Positions 10,701 to 19,927 of a stretch of DNA of 64,000 nucleotides are shown one piece after another. Below the pieces are notes generated by a model. The model was not told where the DNA came from. It did no database searches and saw only the letters and a list, made by a program, of their open reading frames with translations. The DNA is taken from IMG/VR virus record IMGVR_UViG_3300042013_000103; one strand, given 5' to 3'. Position 1 is the first letter of the stretch. Each line of letters opens with the position of its first letter. The position numbers and the translations under genes were made by a program. Source of the stretch: a virus (taxonomy: Duplodnaviria > Caudoviricetes).

Positions 10701-12131
10701 AACCCGATTGCCCAGATCCGCGAACAGGAAGCCATGACGTACCGCGGTGCGGGTGGTCGAGGTTCCCAGTCGATGGTGGCCCGTACCCGTATCTACAACG
10801 AAGCGGACTTGGGGGTGGTGTCGGAATCCACGGTGGACTCGGGTGACGTGGGCGTGATCGCTTACTTGACCCAAGACCCTAACTTTACCGACATGCGGTA
10901 CAACAGCCGTCCGTTTGATCATGCGAGTGAAAGCCCAGGTAAGCTGCTCTCCACCTGTTCCCAACTTGCAGTAGCGTCGACGAACGACGACTCGAAGCGG
11001 ATTGCCTTTATCAGCATCCAACAACAGCAAGGCGTGTACGCGGATGGTTATTCGGTAACGCCGTTGCGGACGGGTGGGGAAGGCATCGTTGCTCAGCGGA
11101 CGGGTGACATGTTTGCTGGCACCGCCGAACAAGACGGCGTCGTGAAATCCATCACCGAACACGGGATCATCGTGCAGTACTTGGATGGTTCGGAACGCGG
11201 TTGGCAGCTCGGCACCCGCCACGGTTCCGCCGCCGGTACTAACTACCCGCACTCGCTGGTCACGGACATGGTGGTCGGGGAACGGTTCCAGAAGGGGGAC
11301 TCGGTTGCTTACAACGAGAAGTACTTCGCCAAAGACCGCCTGAGCCCTAAGCAGGTCCTGTGGAAGGCCGGGGTGATGGTCACCGTGGCGTTCAGCGATA
11401 ACCTGGACACGTTGGAAGACGGTTCCGTGGTTTCGGAAGAAGTGGCGCGTCAGCTGAATACCCAAACCACCAAGGTCAAAGACATTCACGTGCGGTTCGA
11501 CCAGAATGTTTACGACGTGGTCAAGGTGGGGGATAAAGTAGACCTGGAGTCAATTCTATGTATTATCGAAGACCCCGAAGCCGGCGGTAACACGCTGTTT
11601 GACGATTCGACCCGTGCCGCACTGATGCGGATGTCAGCCTTCTCGCCTACCTCAGGTGTGGTCGGTGAAATCTCCAAGATCGAAGTGTTCTATCACGGCG
11701 ACCTGGAAGACATGTCAGGTTCCTTGGCGAAGCTGGCAAAAGAGTCGGACAAACAACGCTTAGCCATTGCTACTGCAACCGGCGGGGACGTTTACACGGG
11801 GGAAGTGGACGAAGACTTCCGCACTGGTGGGGAAGGCCTTGAGCTGGAGAACATGGTTATTCGGGTTTACATCGACCACGACGTTCCGTTTGTTTCGGGC
11901 GACAAAGCGGTGGTGTGCAACCAGATGAAAACCGTGGCTTCCCGTGTCATGGTCGGTACCAACAAAACGGCAGACGGTCGAGACATCGGCCTGATCTTCG
12001 GCAACACTTCCGTGGAAGAACGGATGGTCTTGTCGCCTAAAATTATTGCTTGCTACAGCATCCTTCAACTCGAAGCGGGTAAACATGTAGCGGGCGTCTT
12101 CAGAGGAACTAGCAATGCAAAAGCTCAGTAA
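7701..12131 (+). CDS. Virion RNA polymerase beta subunit, large part (phiKZ gp178-like)
   Basis: 1476 aa; beta-like segments (F..NG..Y.QRLQRGDKPI, STVDSGDVG, DDSKRIAF, GDKAVVCNQMKTV); directly follows the beta' gene. Confidence 0.88.
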   Translation: MRLKIVPFLKAFGLRQAANLQNPRLIPIAKLELPLESIFHFFVDNKAARGPTQTDPLFNRLQGKTYLEHVTELVSFEGNPRQTALKAPLLINEFRRTNRFFKPLMRDQALPLNQQNTLIVNYNLLPALYRYQDTFKAHWFRWSNEHRTFWTHVAATHRRFGWNQFVEVHLPENMPSLSEFRRMASGQPAVAMEALVNDAAGLEAFTMELMQAFGQDSQLNLLDLYNWLGNRRETSLMSVVPPEAYEKLNLLFRVQGSFFVINLGQLDEWRKNPEATAEVLLGADGKPRDLKLSPLTEAEKLEIAAQTKGLDGEMLQRRFLSLIAAMIEFKAGNSTLLELDPVDAAQHQQELVDHSELPDAKAPGDDEEEEESAELPTAAAPLFEELELMDLDFKETTYTPPDPELFKTQLVVETDELAAAKGADGTIEPTAPVRVLRVTEEPEVVRDAPPLLKAVVKDAHDMYRVGLISAGTFERAIEDAQSYQRIPNPFGEGTIEEAMQYQESDYQIPADTAFRDSKTVFDKSMLSSKLQPMQRKYIKTLLPKDILNCVVAAQKQGAALLDYKVTEVKDLMNHYQIHKIVMKPVRGKASPLMFKIPVIDDDGRFRYNGVTYRQRLQRGDKPIRKVSPTSVALTSYYNKTFVFRSKLAANNFDEWLCREIRSRNMDEKDSSVHDVQFAELIQSEYHLPRIYTLLGSAFRALGSNQYNLYFRYKDRVEHFEKTYGINVASFETPDMVVVGAVGKDPILLDFKSQFYLLKGGDLEPLGDVCDLIGIDQTTASIEAVVMSVSNKDLPVGFVIAYQSGLTKLLETLGVTYTRHARAERLTLSPDNYVLTFMDEKLVFSRNDYKATLVLAGFLQFRKSLVNYSIYDFDRKDVYYRLMEDKGMNARYLREIESLYKSWMDPITEGILLSMDEPTDFEALLYRSVELLMTDWSPSEVDGAYMRYRGYERMAGTIYNELTASIKRFRARNTDVQIQMDPHEIWRRIVADPTVATIEDANPIAQIREQEAMTYRGAGGRGSQSMVARTRIYNEADLGVVSESTVDSGDVGVIAYLTQDPNFTDMRYNSRPFDHASESPGKLLSTCSQLAVASTNDDSKRIAFISIQQQQGVYADGYSVTPLRTGGEGIVAQRTGDMFAGTAEQDGVVKSITEHGIIVQYLDGSERGWQLGTRHGSAAGTNYPHSLVTDMVVGERFQKGDSVAYNEKYFAKDRLSPKQVLWKAGVMVTVAFSDNLDTLEDGSVVSEEVARQLNTQTTKVKDIHVRFDQNVYDVVKVGDKVDLESILCIIEDPEAGGNTLFDDSTRAALMRMSAFSPTSGVVGEISKIEVFYHGDLEDMSGSLAKLAKESDKQRLAIATATGGDVYTGEVDEDFRTGGEGLELENMVIRVYIDHDVPFVSGDKAVVCNQMKTVASRVMVGTNKTADGRDIGLIFGNTSVEERMVLSPKIIACYSILQLEAGKHVAGVFRGTSNAKAQ

Positions 12132-12312
12132 TAACGTGGTACATGGACAAAACCTGACCGTCATGTCCGGGGCTGTGGAATTCGGTACGGAGTTGTTTCT
12201 CCGTGCCCTCAACGCGGAGGCTTCGGCCACCACGCTGAATGGTGAGTTCCTGACCATCGAAGATATCAAACAAGCCATCGCTACCCGGTTTGCAAGCCAG
12301 AAAGGCATTTAA
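12115..12312 (+). CDS. Small conserved hypothetical/virion protein
   Basis: 65-aa ORF filling the gap between flanking genes; GAGG RBS; overlaps the end of the beta gene. Confidence 0.65.
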   Translation: MQKLSNNVVHGQNLTVMSGAVEFGTELFLRALNAEASATTLNGEFLTIEDIKQAIATRFASQKGI

Positions 12313-12322
12313 GGAGTTCCCC

Positions 12323-14026
12323 ATGTACAACGCTGAAACTATGGACGCGGTGCGCACATCCGCACAGATTCTCACCGAATCCAGTCGCGTCCTGACGGTA
12401 GGTAACCCTGAGTCTCCTCTGGCCCGGTATTTGGATTCGTACAACATCGACACGGAGTCCACCCGGACTCCCGTCAGTGACGAGATGCTGGCAGCGACCG
12501 AGGAGTACTTCGAAGAGATCAACCAAGAACCCACTCCGTTGCGCGCTGAAGAAAACGAATCGTTGCTCGACCAAGCCGCCAAAGGTTTGAGCGTGTTCCA
12601 GTTCAACGCCCGGAACGTGATCGTGCCGGCCATCGATGACATGGCCCGCAACTTCGCCGAACGGTACCGTGTGATCACGCAGCCGGACCTGGACATCACC
12701 ACCTACAACTACGACGCGATCCACTCGGCACCGGAACTCACCAACCACCTGACCCGTTACGACGCCGTCAGCCCTCGGGCGGAATACCGGACGTTCCTGC
12801 TGGCCAAGCGCTCCGCGGCCGAGATCATTCAACTGGTCGCCGAGAACAACGCGCATTTGTCCACGGAAGAAGTGACCTCCTGGGCCTTGAAAATCCCAGC
12901 GGCCACCATCGAACAAGTCTGGGCGGATCTGTTCTCCGGCAGCCGTGCCTTGGCACCGGGTCAACTGCGTTACGTGCGCGGCATGGACACTGCGGGTTCG
13001 ATCGACCCCCTGACCTTGGCGTACTTCATTGCCGGTGCGTTCCTGGACAACCCACAAGAAGTCTTGGCGGAAGACGTGGGCCTGCCGGAATGGGAAGTGG
13101 CCATTCAGATGCTGCACGAAATGTTTGGCTTCTACTTGGCCCGTGCGCACCAGCGCCGTGCTGACGACAAGCAAGACGGTGTGGTGGTGCTGGGTTCGGA
13201 AGCGACCAACGCCATCGAAGAGCGCCGTGTGCGCATCGTGCTGAACGGTGACGTGGCGGGTCCATGGCTGGACGCCGGTAACGACGTGCAGGCGATCATC
13301 GGTGCCGTGCTGGAGTCGCCGTCTAACGTGACCCTGGCCACCGTGGAAGGCAAAGGTGAGTACTTCGTGAACCGCTGGCAGTCGGTGTACCCACTGATCA
13401 AGCAAGCGGCCCAAGATTATGCGGACCGCTCTGCGCGGACCGAAGTGGTCAAGGCCTTCCTCGAAGTGGCGGCCACCAACGAAGCGCTGCAGGCCGTGGG
13501 TGTGGTGGACCTGGGTAACCTGGTGCAAGACGCCGTGCGCAGCCTGCGCCAAGACGACATCCGCAACCCGTTCAAATCCTTCGGGTATCTGATCTGCCGC
13601 ACCTTCTACACCGACAACGTGTATTGGGAATTCCTGTGCAACATGGACGACTACAGCAAACAGCACCCTGGCGCTACCGGTCGTGAACTGGCTACCCAAG
13701 CACTGTTCACGCTGATCGCCGTGTGGCTGGCAGACCAAACCGTGATCGTGCCTTACCAGGCGGACATTGCGGTCGGAGCGGTCGTGCCTTCGGCGCACCA
13801 CGATGACGAGGGGGAACCTACCGGTCCGGAAGTCGCGGACGCGGTGCAACAGGCCGTGGTCGGTGAAGTTCCGGGTTCGGAAGAACCTCACGAAATGGAA
13901 ATGACGCCAGAAGGCGCCGCGGCATTCCACGACGACCTGCAGTCCAAGCTGGACACTGACCGGGCGACCCAGTTCGCCGAAGGTGCTCAAGCCGCCGACA
14001 CTGACCCCGCTGCATTCGGAGCGTAA
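12323..14026 (+). CDS. Virion (head) structural protein, phiKZ gp177-like by synteny
   Basis: Start moved to MYNAET at 12323 behind AAGGAG; acidic C-terminus; position between vRNAP beta and the protease. Confidence 0.65.
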   Translation: MYNAETMDAVRTSAQILTESSRVLTVGNPESPLARYLDSYNIDTESTRTPVSDEMLAATEEYFEEINQEPTPLRAEENESLLDQAAKGLSVFQFNARNVIVPAIDDMARNFAERYRVITQPDLDITTYNYDAIHSAPELTNHLTRYDAVSPRAEYRTFLLAKRSAAEIIQLVAENNAHLSTEEVTSWALKIPAATIEQVWADLFSGSRALAPGQLRYVRGMDTAGSIDPLTLAYFIAGAFLDNPQEVLAEDVGLPEWEVAIQMLHEMFGFYLARAHQRRADDKQDGVVVLGSEATNAIEERRVRIVLNGDVAGPWLDAGNDVQAIIGAVLESPSNVTLATVEGKGEYFVNRWQSVYPLIKQAAQDYADRSARTEVVKAFLEVAATNEALQAVGVVDLGNLVQDAVRSLRQDDIRNPFKSFGYLICRTFYTDNVYWEFLCNMDDYSKQHPGATGRELATQALFTLIAVWLADQTVIVPYQADIAVGAVVPSAHHDDEGEPTGPEVADAVQQAVVGEVPGSEEPHEMEMTPEGAAAFHDDLQSKLDTDRATQFAEGAQAADTDPAAFGA

Positions 14027-14030
14027 CTAA

Positions 14031-14750
14031 ATGGGCACGTTGAAGCGTGATGCTAAACGTGTTCTTAGTCACCTGCACTTGCAAGAAGATGGGAGCGTCA
14101 TCACCGACGCTCCTTGCACCATTGAGATCCCTGTTCGGTTTACCGAGCGGAACTTGGCAGTGCTCGGGAGTGATGTCTTTACCATCGGCTTCTTCCCGAT
14201 CATCTTCAACGGTGAGTACTACGGGGTTAATAACACGATTGGGATGGTGCAGATTGTCCCAAGCAGTACCGAGAAAGTTATTCGTGGTGGTAAAGACGAG
14301 TACTACGCCTTCAGTTTCCAACGGGGCGACGTGCTCTTTAAGTCAGTGGACATCGTGGTCAACGACACCCTCACTTATTACCTGTATAACGAGTTTGTCT
14401 CCATGGGGAACATCCCGTGGTACATGAACTACTACGATACGGCCAACATGTTTGAAACCGCCTTTGAGCACGCGGGCGTGACGCTGGGGGCTCGTTCGAT
14501 TCTGGAACTGATCATCTCCACCATCACCCGTGACTCGACGGACCTCACGCGGCTGTATCGCCACATCCTGTCTTCCCACGAGGACATCTGGACCAAACCA
14601 CCCGTCACGGTTCCCTTTAAGTCCGTTATCTGGAACACCGCGGACACCGTGTCGAAACTCAACGGCGCTAACTTCAACGACGGCATCACTTCGGCCGTGG
14701 TGAACCCCAGCGAAAACGTTGAGTTGATCGAAGAACTTTTAAGGACGTAA
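14031..14750 (+). CDS. Virion protein, candidate fifth vRNAP subunit (phiKZ gp176/SPN3US gp244-like by synteny and size)
   Basis: 239 aa, immediately upstream of the prohead protease gene; the assignment rests on gene order. Confidence 0.5.
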   Translation: MGTLKRDAKRVLSHLHLQEDGSVITDAPCTIEIPVRFTERNLAVLGSDVFTIGFFPIIFNGEYYGVNNTIGMVQIVPSSTEKVIRGGKDEYYAFSFQRGDVLFKSVDIVVNDTLTYYLYNEFVSMGNIPWYMNYYDTANMFETAFEHAGVTLGARSILELIISTITRDSTDLTRLYRHILSSHEDIWTKPPVTVPFKSVIWNTADTVSKLNGANFNDGITSAVVNPSENVELIEELLRT

Positions 14751-14754
14751 TGCC

Positions 14755-15600
14755 ATGAACGCTCCCTATCGCAAGACGCGAGGATTTGAAAGCACTGCCC
14801 CTGGAGCCAGTACCCCGAACCAAGTCCGCGTGGGTTGCACCATGCTGGCCGGTACGGGCAAGAAAGGCATTCTGACCCCCGATGCAGATGGTTACTACAT
14901 CCTCGTGGTGGGGTCCTACGGGACCAAGAACTCAGCAGGCATGTTCTACGACGGTCCTTCGGGCTGTTCGATGTTTAACCCGGGCACTCCCCTGATGCGC
15001 CGCTTGGCCAAGGGCGTGCTCTACATGGAATTCAAACACCCTGAACCGTTCTGGAAAGACGGTCGCCGCATGAACGACACGGAGTACCTCGGACGCATTC
15101 GTCAAATCGACGATGACCGGGTCTGCGCACACATTCGGGCGTTGACGGTGGTCGACGGGGTGAACGAAGACGGCCAGCCATGCAAGCTGGTGATCGCCGA
15201 AGCCAAGCCTTACGGCCCGTACGGGAAGCACTTCCAAGACTCTTTGGACAACCCGTCACAGAACACCTACTGCTCGGTGCGCTCGATCACCCAAGACGAC
15301 ATGATGCGTGGCATCAAGTACACCCGTGAAATCTCCACCTGGGACTTCGTGGGCGAAGGCGGTATCTTCACCGCCAACAAGTACAACTCCCCCGCACTGG
15401 AATCCTTCGGTGCAGTGGAAACCGAACAAAGCTTCGAAATGGAAATCACCCCCGCCACGCTATGGAAAGCACAGAAGGAAGCCCGGAAGTTAACGCGCCT
15501 CGGTCTCGAATCGTCGGCGCACGACGTCTCGGACTTGATCACGACACTGGGTTGGGAACGTAAAGTGCAAGCGGCGCGTCCTGCCTACATGAAGTGGTAA
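14755..15600 (+). CDS. Prohead (head maturation) serine protease, phiKZ gp175-like
   Basis: 281 aa; His motif LYMEFKHP and Ser motif YCSVRS typical of the T4 gp21/phiKZ gp175 family; A/G-x-E self-cleavage-type sites (GFES, PALES, GLES). Confidence 0.8.
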   Translation: MNAPYRKTRGFESTAPGASTPNQVRVGCTMLAGTGKKGILTPDADGYYILVVGSYGTKNSAGMFYDGPSGCSMFNPGTPLMRRLAKGVLYMEFKHPEPFWKDGRRMNDTEYLGRIRQIDDDRVCAHIRALTVVDGVNEDGQPCKLVIAEAKPYGPYGKHFQDSLDNPSQNTYCSVRSITQDDMMRGIKYTREISTWDFVGEGGIFTANKYNSPALESFGAVETEQSFEMEITPATLWKAQKEARKLTRLGLESSAHDVSDLITTLGWERKVQAARPAYMKW

Positions 15601-15608
15601 AAAAGAAA

Positions 15609-15647
15609 CGGCATAAGCCCTCTCCCGAAGGAGAGGGCAATATGTTG
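15609..15647. terminator. Bidirectional hairpin with CGGCATA/TATG flanks between convergent genes
   Basis: Stem GCCCTCTCC, loop CGAA, stem GGAGAGGGC (15617-15638). Confidence 0.8.
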
Positions 15648-15658
15648 TCTCGCGCTGT

Positions 15659-16729
15659 TTACAGGATCGCAATGCCCGGGTACATTTCTTTCAACAAATC
15701 CTGGGCCCGCATGGTGGTGTAGAACGGCGCGGTGATGACGGGGCCACGATACAGGGCGGAGGTCATGAAGCACAGTTGGGCGTGTTCCGACGCTTGACCG
15801 ATGACCCCTAGGTTCCAGACTTTCTCAGCACCCCGGTAGGTTTCAAACCAGTCCGGCTTCAGCAGGTCCAAGGCGTACACCAACCGGGTCAGGCGGGTTG
15901 GGTAATCCCCTGGGGTGGTGCCTTCTACAAAGGTGTAGTTGGCCAGCATCAGGGTGGCAAAGTTCGGGGTCTCGGCCACCAGCGGTTTGGGGTTGGGGAT
16001 GTAATAGCCTGGGGCCACGGGGTCGGTGGTGGGGGGCACGTAGGTCCCAGCCAGTTCCATCAACCGAATGATGGATTCGACGTCGGAGGTGTAGCCGATT
16101 CTTGGGGCAGCGCGTTGAATGATGATCCGGGTGACTTCGGGGGATTGCCCACGGACCACTTCGTCCATCAACTCCGGAACCCCCCATTGGGAGACCTCTT
16201 CCATCACCCCCCTTAGGATCGAGGCTTCCGCCCCCAAGTCCAGCATCTTCAGCATCGGGTTACCGGAGATGTCCGACATGAACCCCACGATGGATTGCAT
16301 CTTCCCGTAGTTGTCACCTTTGAAGATCTGTTCGCCGTTCTCGGTGATCATCTTGACCGAGTTGTACGCCCCGTTGGCTTTGGACAACACGCCCGTCGGC
16401 GACTCAATGCCCATGAGGTCCTGCAAGATGGTCTTCTCGAACATCCCACCCAAGGATAGGATGTCGGCCTTAGAACCTTTCAGTGCGCCTTCCAGACGCC
16501 TCTTAGCGGACGCCAGGTCCATGCCGTTGTTCTGCAGCATGTCCTTGATGCTTTTGGTGCTGGAAATGGCTTTCTCGTACACCCCAGTCAACCCGGAGCT
16601 GAACGAGGTGATGTTGGATTTCAACGAACTGCGCACTTCCGGCGAGACTTCGTTGTAGACGTCCACCATTGCGGGGGTGTCTTCGGGCAAGCCGATAAAA
16701 GAAAACGAGGGGGCAACGGTGCTGGCCAT
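15659..16729 (-). CDS. Virion structural protein (phiKZ gp174-like by synteny)
   Basis: 356-aa ORF; GGAG RBS; phage-like codon usage. Confidence 0.6.
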   Translation of the reverse strand: MASTVAPSFSFIGLPEDTPAMVDVYNEVSPEVRSSLKSNITSFSSGLTGVYEKAISSTKSIKDMLQNNGMDLASAKRRLEGALKGSKADILSLGGMFEKTILQDLMGIESPTGVLSKANGAYNSVKMITENGEQIFKGDNYGKMQSIVGFMSDISGNPMLKMLDLGAEASILRGVMEEVSQWGVPELMDEVVRGQSPEVTRIIIQRAAPRIGYTSDVESIIRLMELAGTYVPPTTDPVAPGYYIPNPKPLVAETPNFATLMLANYTFVEGTTPGDYPTRLTRLVYALDLLKPDWFETYRGAEKVWNLGVIGQASEHAQLCFMTSALYRGPVITAPFYTTMRAQDLLKEMYPGIAIL

Positions 16730-16773
16730 GACGAACTCCCTAAGGAAACAAAAAAATAAGACTATAGGATTAG

Positions 16774-16812
16774 CGGCATAGAGCCTCCCCCGTGAGGAGG
16801 AGACCCATACGA
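16774..16812. terminator. Hairpin with CGGCATA flank
   Basis: cggcatagagCCTCCcccgtgaGGAGGagacccatacgacg. Confidence 0.55.
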
Positions 16813-16824
16813 CGACTTACTGGC

Positions 16825-17238
16825 TTAAACGGTGGTGCAACTGTCTTTGATTTTGTACATGAGCTTCATCACGGTGGATTTCCAACTGAGGTAGACCTTC
16901 TCATCCCCCTCCGTGGTCCACACGACCGTGGTTTCACCTTCCTTCAGGAAACACTTCAGGAACGGGAAGCGTTTCAGGTTGTGTTCCAACGCCTCCAGCA
17001 ACTGATCGTCCAAGTCGTCCAAGAACGACCACTCCCCCGAGCGTACCGCTTTGATTTGTTCGAGGGAGGTGGCGGCCAGGTACTCAGGGTGTTTCGACCC
17101 GGTGATCAAGTACATGCGCAACCCGTACCAGGTGTAAAACAGCTGGTTGGTCAACGTGTACTTCTCGGAGGGTGCCGTGAAGTGGAACAGTGCTTTGATG
17201 GTGGAGCCTGCATTGTTGCCCAGTTCGATCAAGTTCAT
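16825..17238 (-). CDS. Hypothetical protein
   Basis: Start moved to MNLIELG (17238), just after the upstream stop. Confidence 0.65.
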   Translation of the reverse strand: MNLIELGNNAGSTIKALFHFTAPSEKYTLTNQLFYTWYGLRMYLITGSKHPEYLAATSLEQIKAVRSGEWSFLDDLDDQLLEALEHNLKRFPFLKCFLKEGETTVVWTTEGDEKVYLSWKSTVMKLMYKIKDSCTTV

Positions 17239-17242
17239 TTCG

Positions 17243-17974
17243 TTACACCGTGAAGTAAGGGTCAGTGATGATGGCCTGGACAACCCGCGGCTCAATCTTG
17301 GGATCGTTGGTCCAATGGAGGGTTAAGGTGTACACCTCGCGTTTGGGGCCCAAGGTTTTGATCCCTCGACGGAACACGTTCCACGACATCTTATCGTCCG
17401 TGATTGACCGCCGCAGCGTGTTGACGTTGCTGGCAATCTCTTCTGGCTTCAAACCGATCACGTTGGCGGGGTTGGCCGCCCAGTGGGTGAACAAGGCAGC
17501 AAAGCGGTCTTTGTCAATGCCTTCTTCGGCCACGATGTGCCGAAACAAATGGGTCATCAACGACTTGGGTGCTTTCATGCCCTTGAACACGTCGGTGTGT
17601 TTGTAAGGAAAGTTATTGACCGTCAGGTTAGTTTCATCTTCCGTGGGGTCGACAATGACACTGTACTTCGACACCCGGTCATCACCCCAGGTCAGTTCGA
17701 TGTCCAGCACCGCGGAGTAGGGACTCAGGAAGTCGATGGCTTTCTTGAAACTGGTCCAATTGAGGTCATCGGATTTGAGGGCTTTGTTCAGGTTGCCTTT
17801 GTCAGGGTTGGCTTTGTTGTGCGGTTTCTCGAAGTACAAGTCCAAGCGGCGTTGCCACTTCTTGGTGTTCATTTTTTCCCAGAGCAGGACTTGTCGAAAC
17901 AGATAACACAACACCCCTTGGGCTCTCTGCGTTCCTTTTAGTTGGTCATTGAGAAGATCTTTTACAGAATCCAT
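17243..17974 (-). CDS. Hypothetical protein with an internal two-fold domain repeat
   Basis: ATG at 17974 behind AGGTG; the two halves share LFR...L/M-x-W..F.+.I..L.P...L.W. Confidence 0.7.
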   Translation of the reverse strand: MDSVKDLLNDQLKGTQRAQGVLCYLFRQVLLWEKMNTKKWQRRLDLYFEKPHNKANPDKGNLNKALKSDDLNWTSFKKAIDFLSPYSAVLDIELTWGDDRVSKYSVIVDPTEDETNLTVNNFPYKHTDVFKGMKAPKSLMTHLFRHIVAEEGIDKDRFAALFTHWAANPANVIGLKPEEIASNVNTLRRSITDDKMSWNVFRRGIKTLGPKREVYTLTLHWTNDPKIEPRVVQAIITDPYFTV

Positions 17975-18030
17975 ATTACTGGTCACCTACGGTGGTTTAA
18001 GTTGCATACGGTGTACTGTGGTCTAAGACC

Positions 18031-18576
18031 TTACGTGGTTACGTCATGGCGCTCTCCCATGTGTTCGACCAAGGTGCGCAACAGCACCAACAGGTCGTAA
18101 TACACCCGATTCAGTTGACGGGCGTAGTAAGTGGTTTCTTGGGCTTTCAACAGCGTGTCCTGCACCGACAACAGCACCTGAAGTTTCGCAATGGCCCGCT
18201 TCGGTTCGATCGGCAACCCATCCACCACGAAGTACTCGTCGAGGTACATGTCCTTGCGGTCATGGAACGCTTCTTTGCAGAGGCGGATGATGGTGTCGTC
18301 TGCGGCGTTAGCAATGGCGTTGTTGGCTTCTTCCAGCAACGTAGCAATTGCCCCAAACGTAGCGTGCCGGGTTTCCACCCGAATGCCCATCAGGTCCCGC
18401 GGCGTCAACGCCGTGATCGCGGTGATGTCCACGCTGCGCATGAAGTTCAGGATCAACGTAGGGAGGGCTTCTGCTTTCAGGGCTTCGTTGTCGAAGAACT
18501 CCAGTTGTTGCATGTAGGTTTCTTTCTTCGTCAAACTCGTGACTTTGCTGAACAAACCCCGCAGTTTCTTAAACAT
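18031..18576 (-). CDS. Hypothetical protein
   Basis: 181-aa ORF; GGAG upstream. Confidence 0.65.
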   Translation of the reverse strand: MFKKLRGLFSKVTSLTKKETYMQQLEFFDNEALKAEALPTLILNFMRSVDITAITALTPRDLMGIRVETRHATFGAIATLLEEANNAIANAADDTIIRLCKEAFHDRKDMYLDEYFVVDGLPIEPKRAIAKLQVLLSVQDTLLKAQETTYYARQLNRVYYDLLVLLRTLVEHMGERHDVTT

Positions 18577-18652
18577 TATATAGTCTCCATTACGTTAGAT
18601 AGCCGTAGCATATGGTTTGGCTGTCATGTACATTTCGCCTGAGGTTATTACA

Positions 18653-19141
18653 ATGAGCGCACTATTGCCACCCCCGCTCCCTTCCAGAGAACCCATGTTC
18701 ATTTCCGATGAGGACCTGGAATACGAAAACATTCTGAACTTCGGCCAGCGCATCCGGATGGAGATGGCGCATCGCCAAATCGCCGAGGGCGTCCCAACCG
18801 ACAAAGATGGGGTGGAACTGTTGCTCAAAACCTTGGGCGAGATGGACAAGACCGCCCTGCAGAAACAGAAGAACCTGATCGATTCCAACCAAGGCGGATC
18901 GAACGCCGAGATTGCATCGGCCATGGCCCTGATGATCCGCAACCAGATGAACCAGTCCCCGTTCATTCGCGACCCTGCGCTGCTGTCCGAAGACCGGGTC
19001 ATGGAAGAACCACCCGCCGACCTGTTCGTGGGCATCACCCATGCAGAAGGCGAAACCGTGATGGGGGTTATCTCAGAAACCGTGGACGAGTTCAACGCCC
19101 GGATGGACCAGATGTTCGCCACGGAAGACGATGACGAATAA
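18653..19141 (+). CDS. Acidic hypothetical protein
   Basis: Start MSALLPPP at 18653 behind GAGG; ends in EDDDE; followed by a hairpin. Confidence 0.7.
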   Translation: MSALLPPPLPSREPMFISDEDLEYENILNFGQRIRMEMAHRQIAEGVPTDKDGVELLLKTLGEMDKTALQKQKNLIDSNQGGSNAEIASAMALMIRNQMNQSPFIRDPALLSEDRVMEEPPADLFVGITHAEGETVMGVISETVDEFNARMDQMFATEDDDE

Positions 19142-19161
19142 CCCAAAAAAGAAAACACTGT

Positions 19162-19193
19162 GCCCAGCTCCTTTCGGGGCTGGGCTTATGTCG
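19162..19193. terminator. Bidirectional hairpin ending in TTATGTCG
   Basis: GCCCAGCTCC-TTTC-GGGGCTGGGC between convergent genes. Confidence 0.8.
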
Positions 19194-19197
19194 TCGA

Positions 19198-19551
19198 TCA
19201 CTTCACCTGTGCTAACCAATCCTGAACGATTGGCATAGCCCACTCCGGATCTCGGTCACCTGCCACACAGGCATTGACGAGTCTCAGGGAATTGGTGATG
19301 TGATCATTGTTCTCGAGGTTGGAGTAATCAAACTCTCCAGTGTTAATCGAGACGTCTTGCGGACGGGTGGGTTCGTGCGGCGCCCAGTCCATGTCTTCCA
19401 GGTCTGGCGCGCCGGTCGCGGTGGCCAGGTCGTACTCGTTGTTGATTACGCTGCGCACCAGCAGGACGGCCCCGACTGTGGTCAAGACCGCGACGGATGC
19501 CATGGCCAGTTCACCCACGTGTTTCTCGCACCACTTGGTAAAACGGTTCAT
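19198..19551 (-). CDS. Small membrane-anchored acidic protein (paralog 3)
   Basis: MNRFTKWCEKH behind AAGGA (alternative start 19584); hydrophobic segment AMASVAVLTTVGAVLLV; acidic tail. Confidence 0.7.
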   Translation of the reverse strand: MNRFTKWCEKHVGELAMASVAVLTTVGAVLLVRSVINNEYDLATATGAPDLEDMDWAPHEPTRPQDVSINTGEFDYSNLENNDHITNSLRLVNACVAGDRDPEWAMPIVQDWLAQVK

Positions 19552-19607
19552 GTTGAGTTCCTTAAATTTGAGTTCTACTGCCATTGGAGTGTTCCTTTTG
19601 TAAAGCA

Positions 19608-19637
19608 CGGCATAAAGCCTTCCCCGAAGGGAAGGCC
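19608..19637. terminator. Hairpin with CGGCATAAAG flank
   Basis: GCCTTCCC-CGAA-GGGAAGGC. Confidence 0.75.
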
Positions 19638-19649
19638 GTAGCGGTTCGA

Positions 19650-19880
19650 TCAGTTGACGGCTTCGTCACCCAGGGTTTCCACGTGGGCATCCACCACGAT
19701 TGGGCCGGTGCTGCTGGCATCGTCCAGTTCCGCAGCGTTGGCAATGCCTTCCGGATCGGTAGGCTCAGCCGACTGCGAGTTGTACAGGCACACCGCACCG
19801 ATGGTAGCCAGGGTCAGGCCAGTGCCGGACAGGAGGGCGATACGGTTGCGGGACAGGAAAGAACCGATTGCTTTGAACAT
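19650..19880 (-). CDS. Small membrane-anchored acidic protein (paralog 2)
   Basis: 76 aa; IALLSGTGLTLATIGAVCLY then an acidic tail; AAGG RBS. Confidence 0.7.
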   Translation of the reverse strand: MFKAIGSFLSRNRIALLSGTGLTLATIGAVCLYNSQSAEPTDPEGIANAAELDDASSTGPIVVDAHVETLGDEAVN

Positions 19881-19927
19881 TGAGTTATACCTTTTGAGGA
19901 GTTACAATTGATAGTAATTGCGCAGAA

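Noticed and set aside
8283-13990. Long antisense ORFs (8283..9551, 9603..11489, 12281..13990)
   Set aside because: Expected from strongly biased high-GC3 codon usage in the vRNAP and head genes; no motifs and no RBS.
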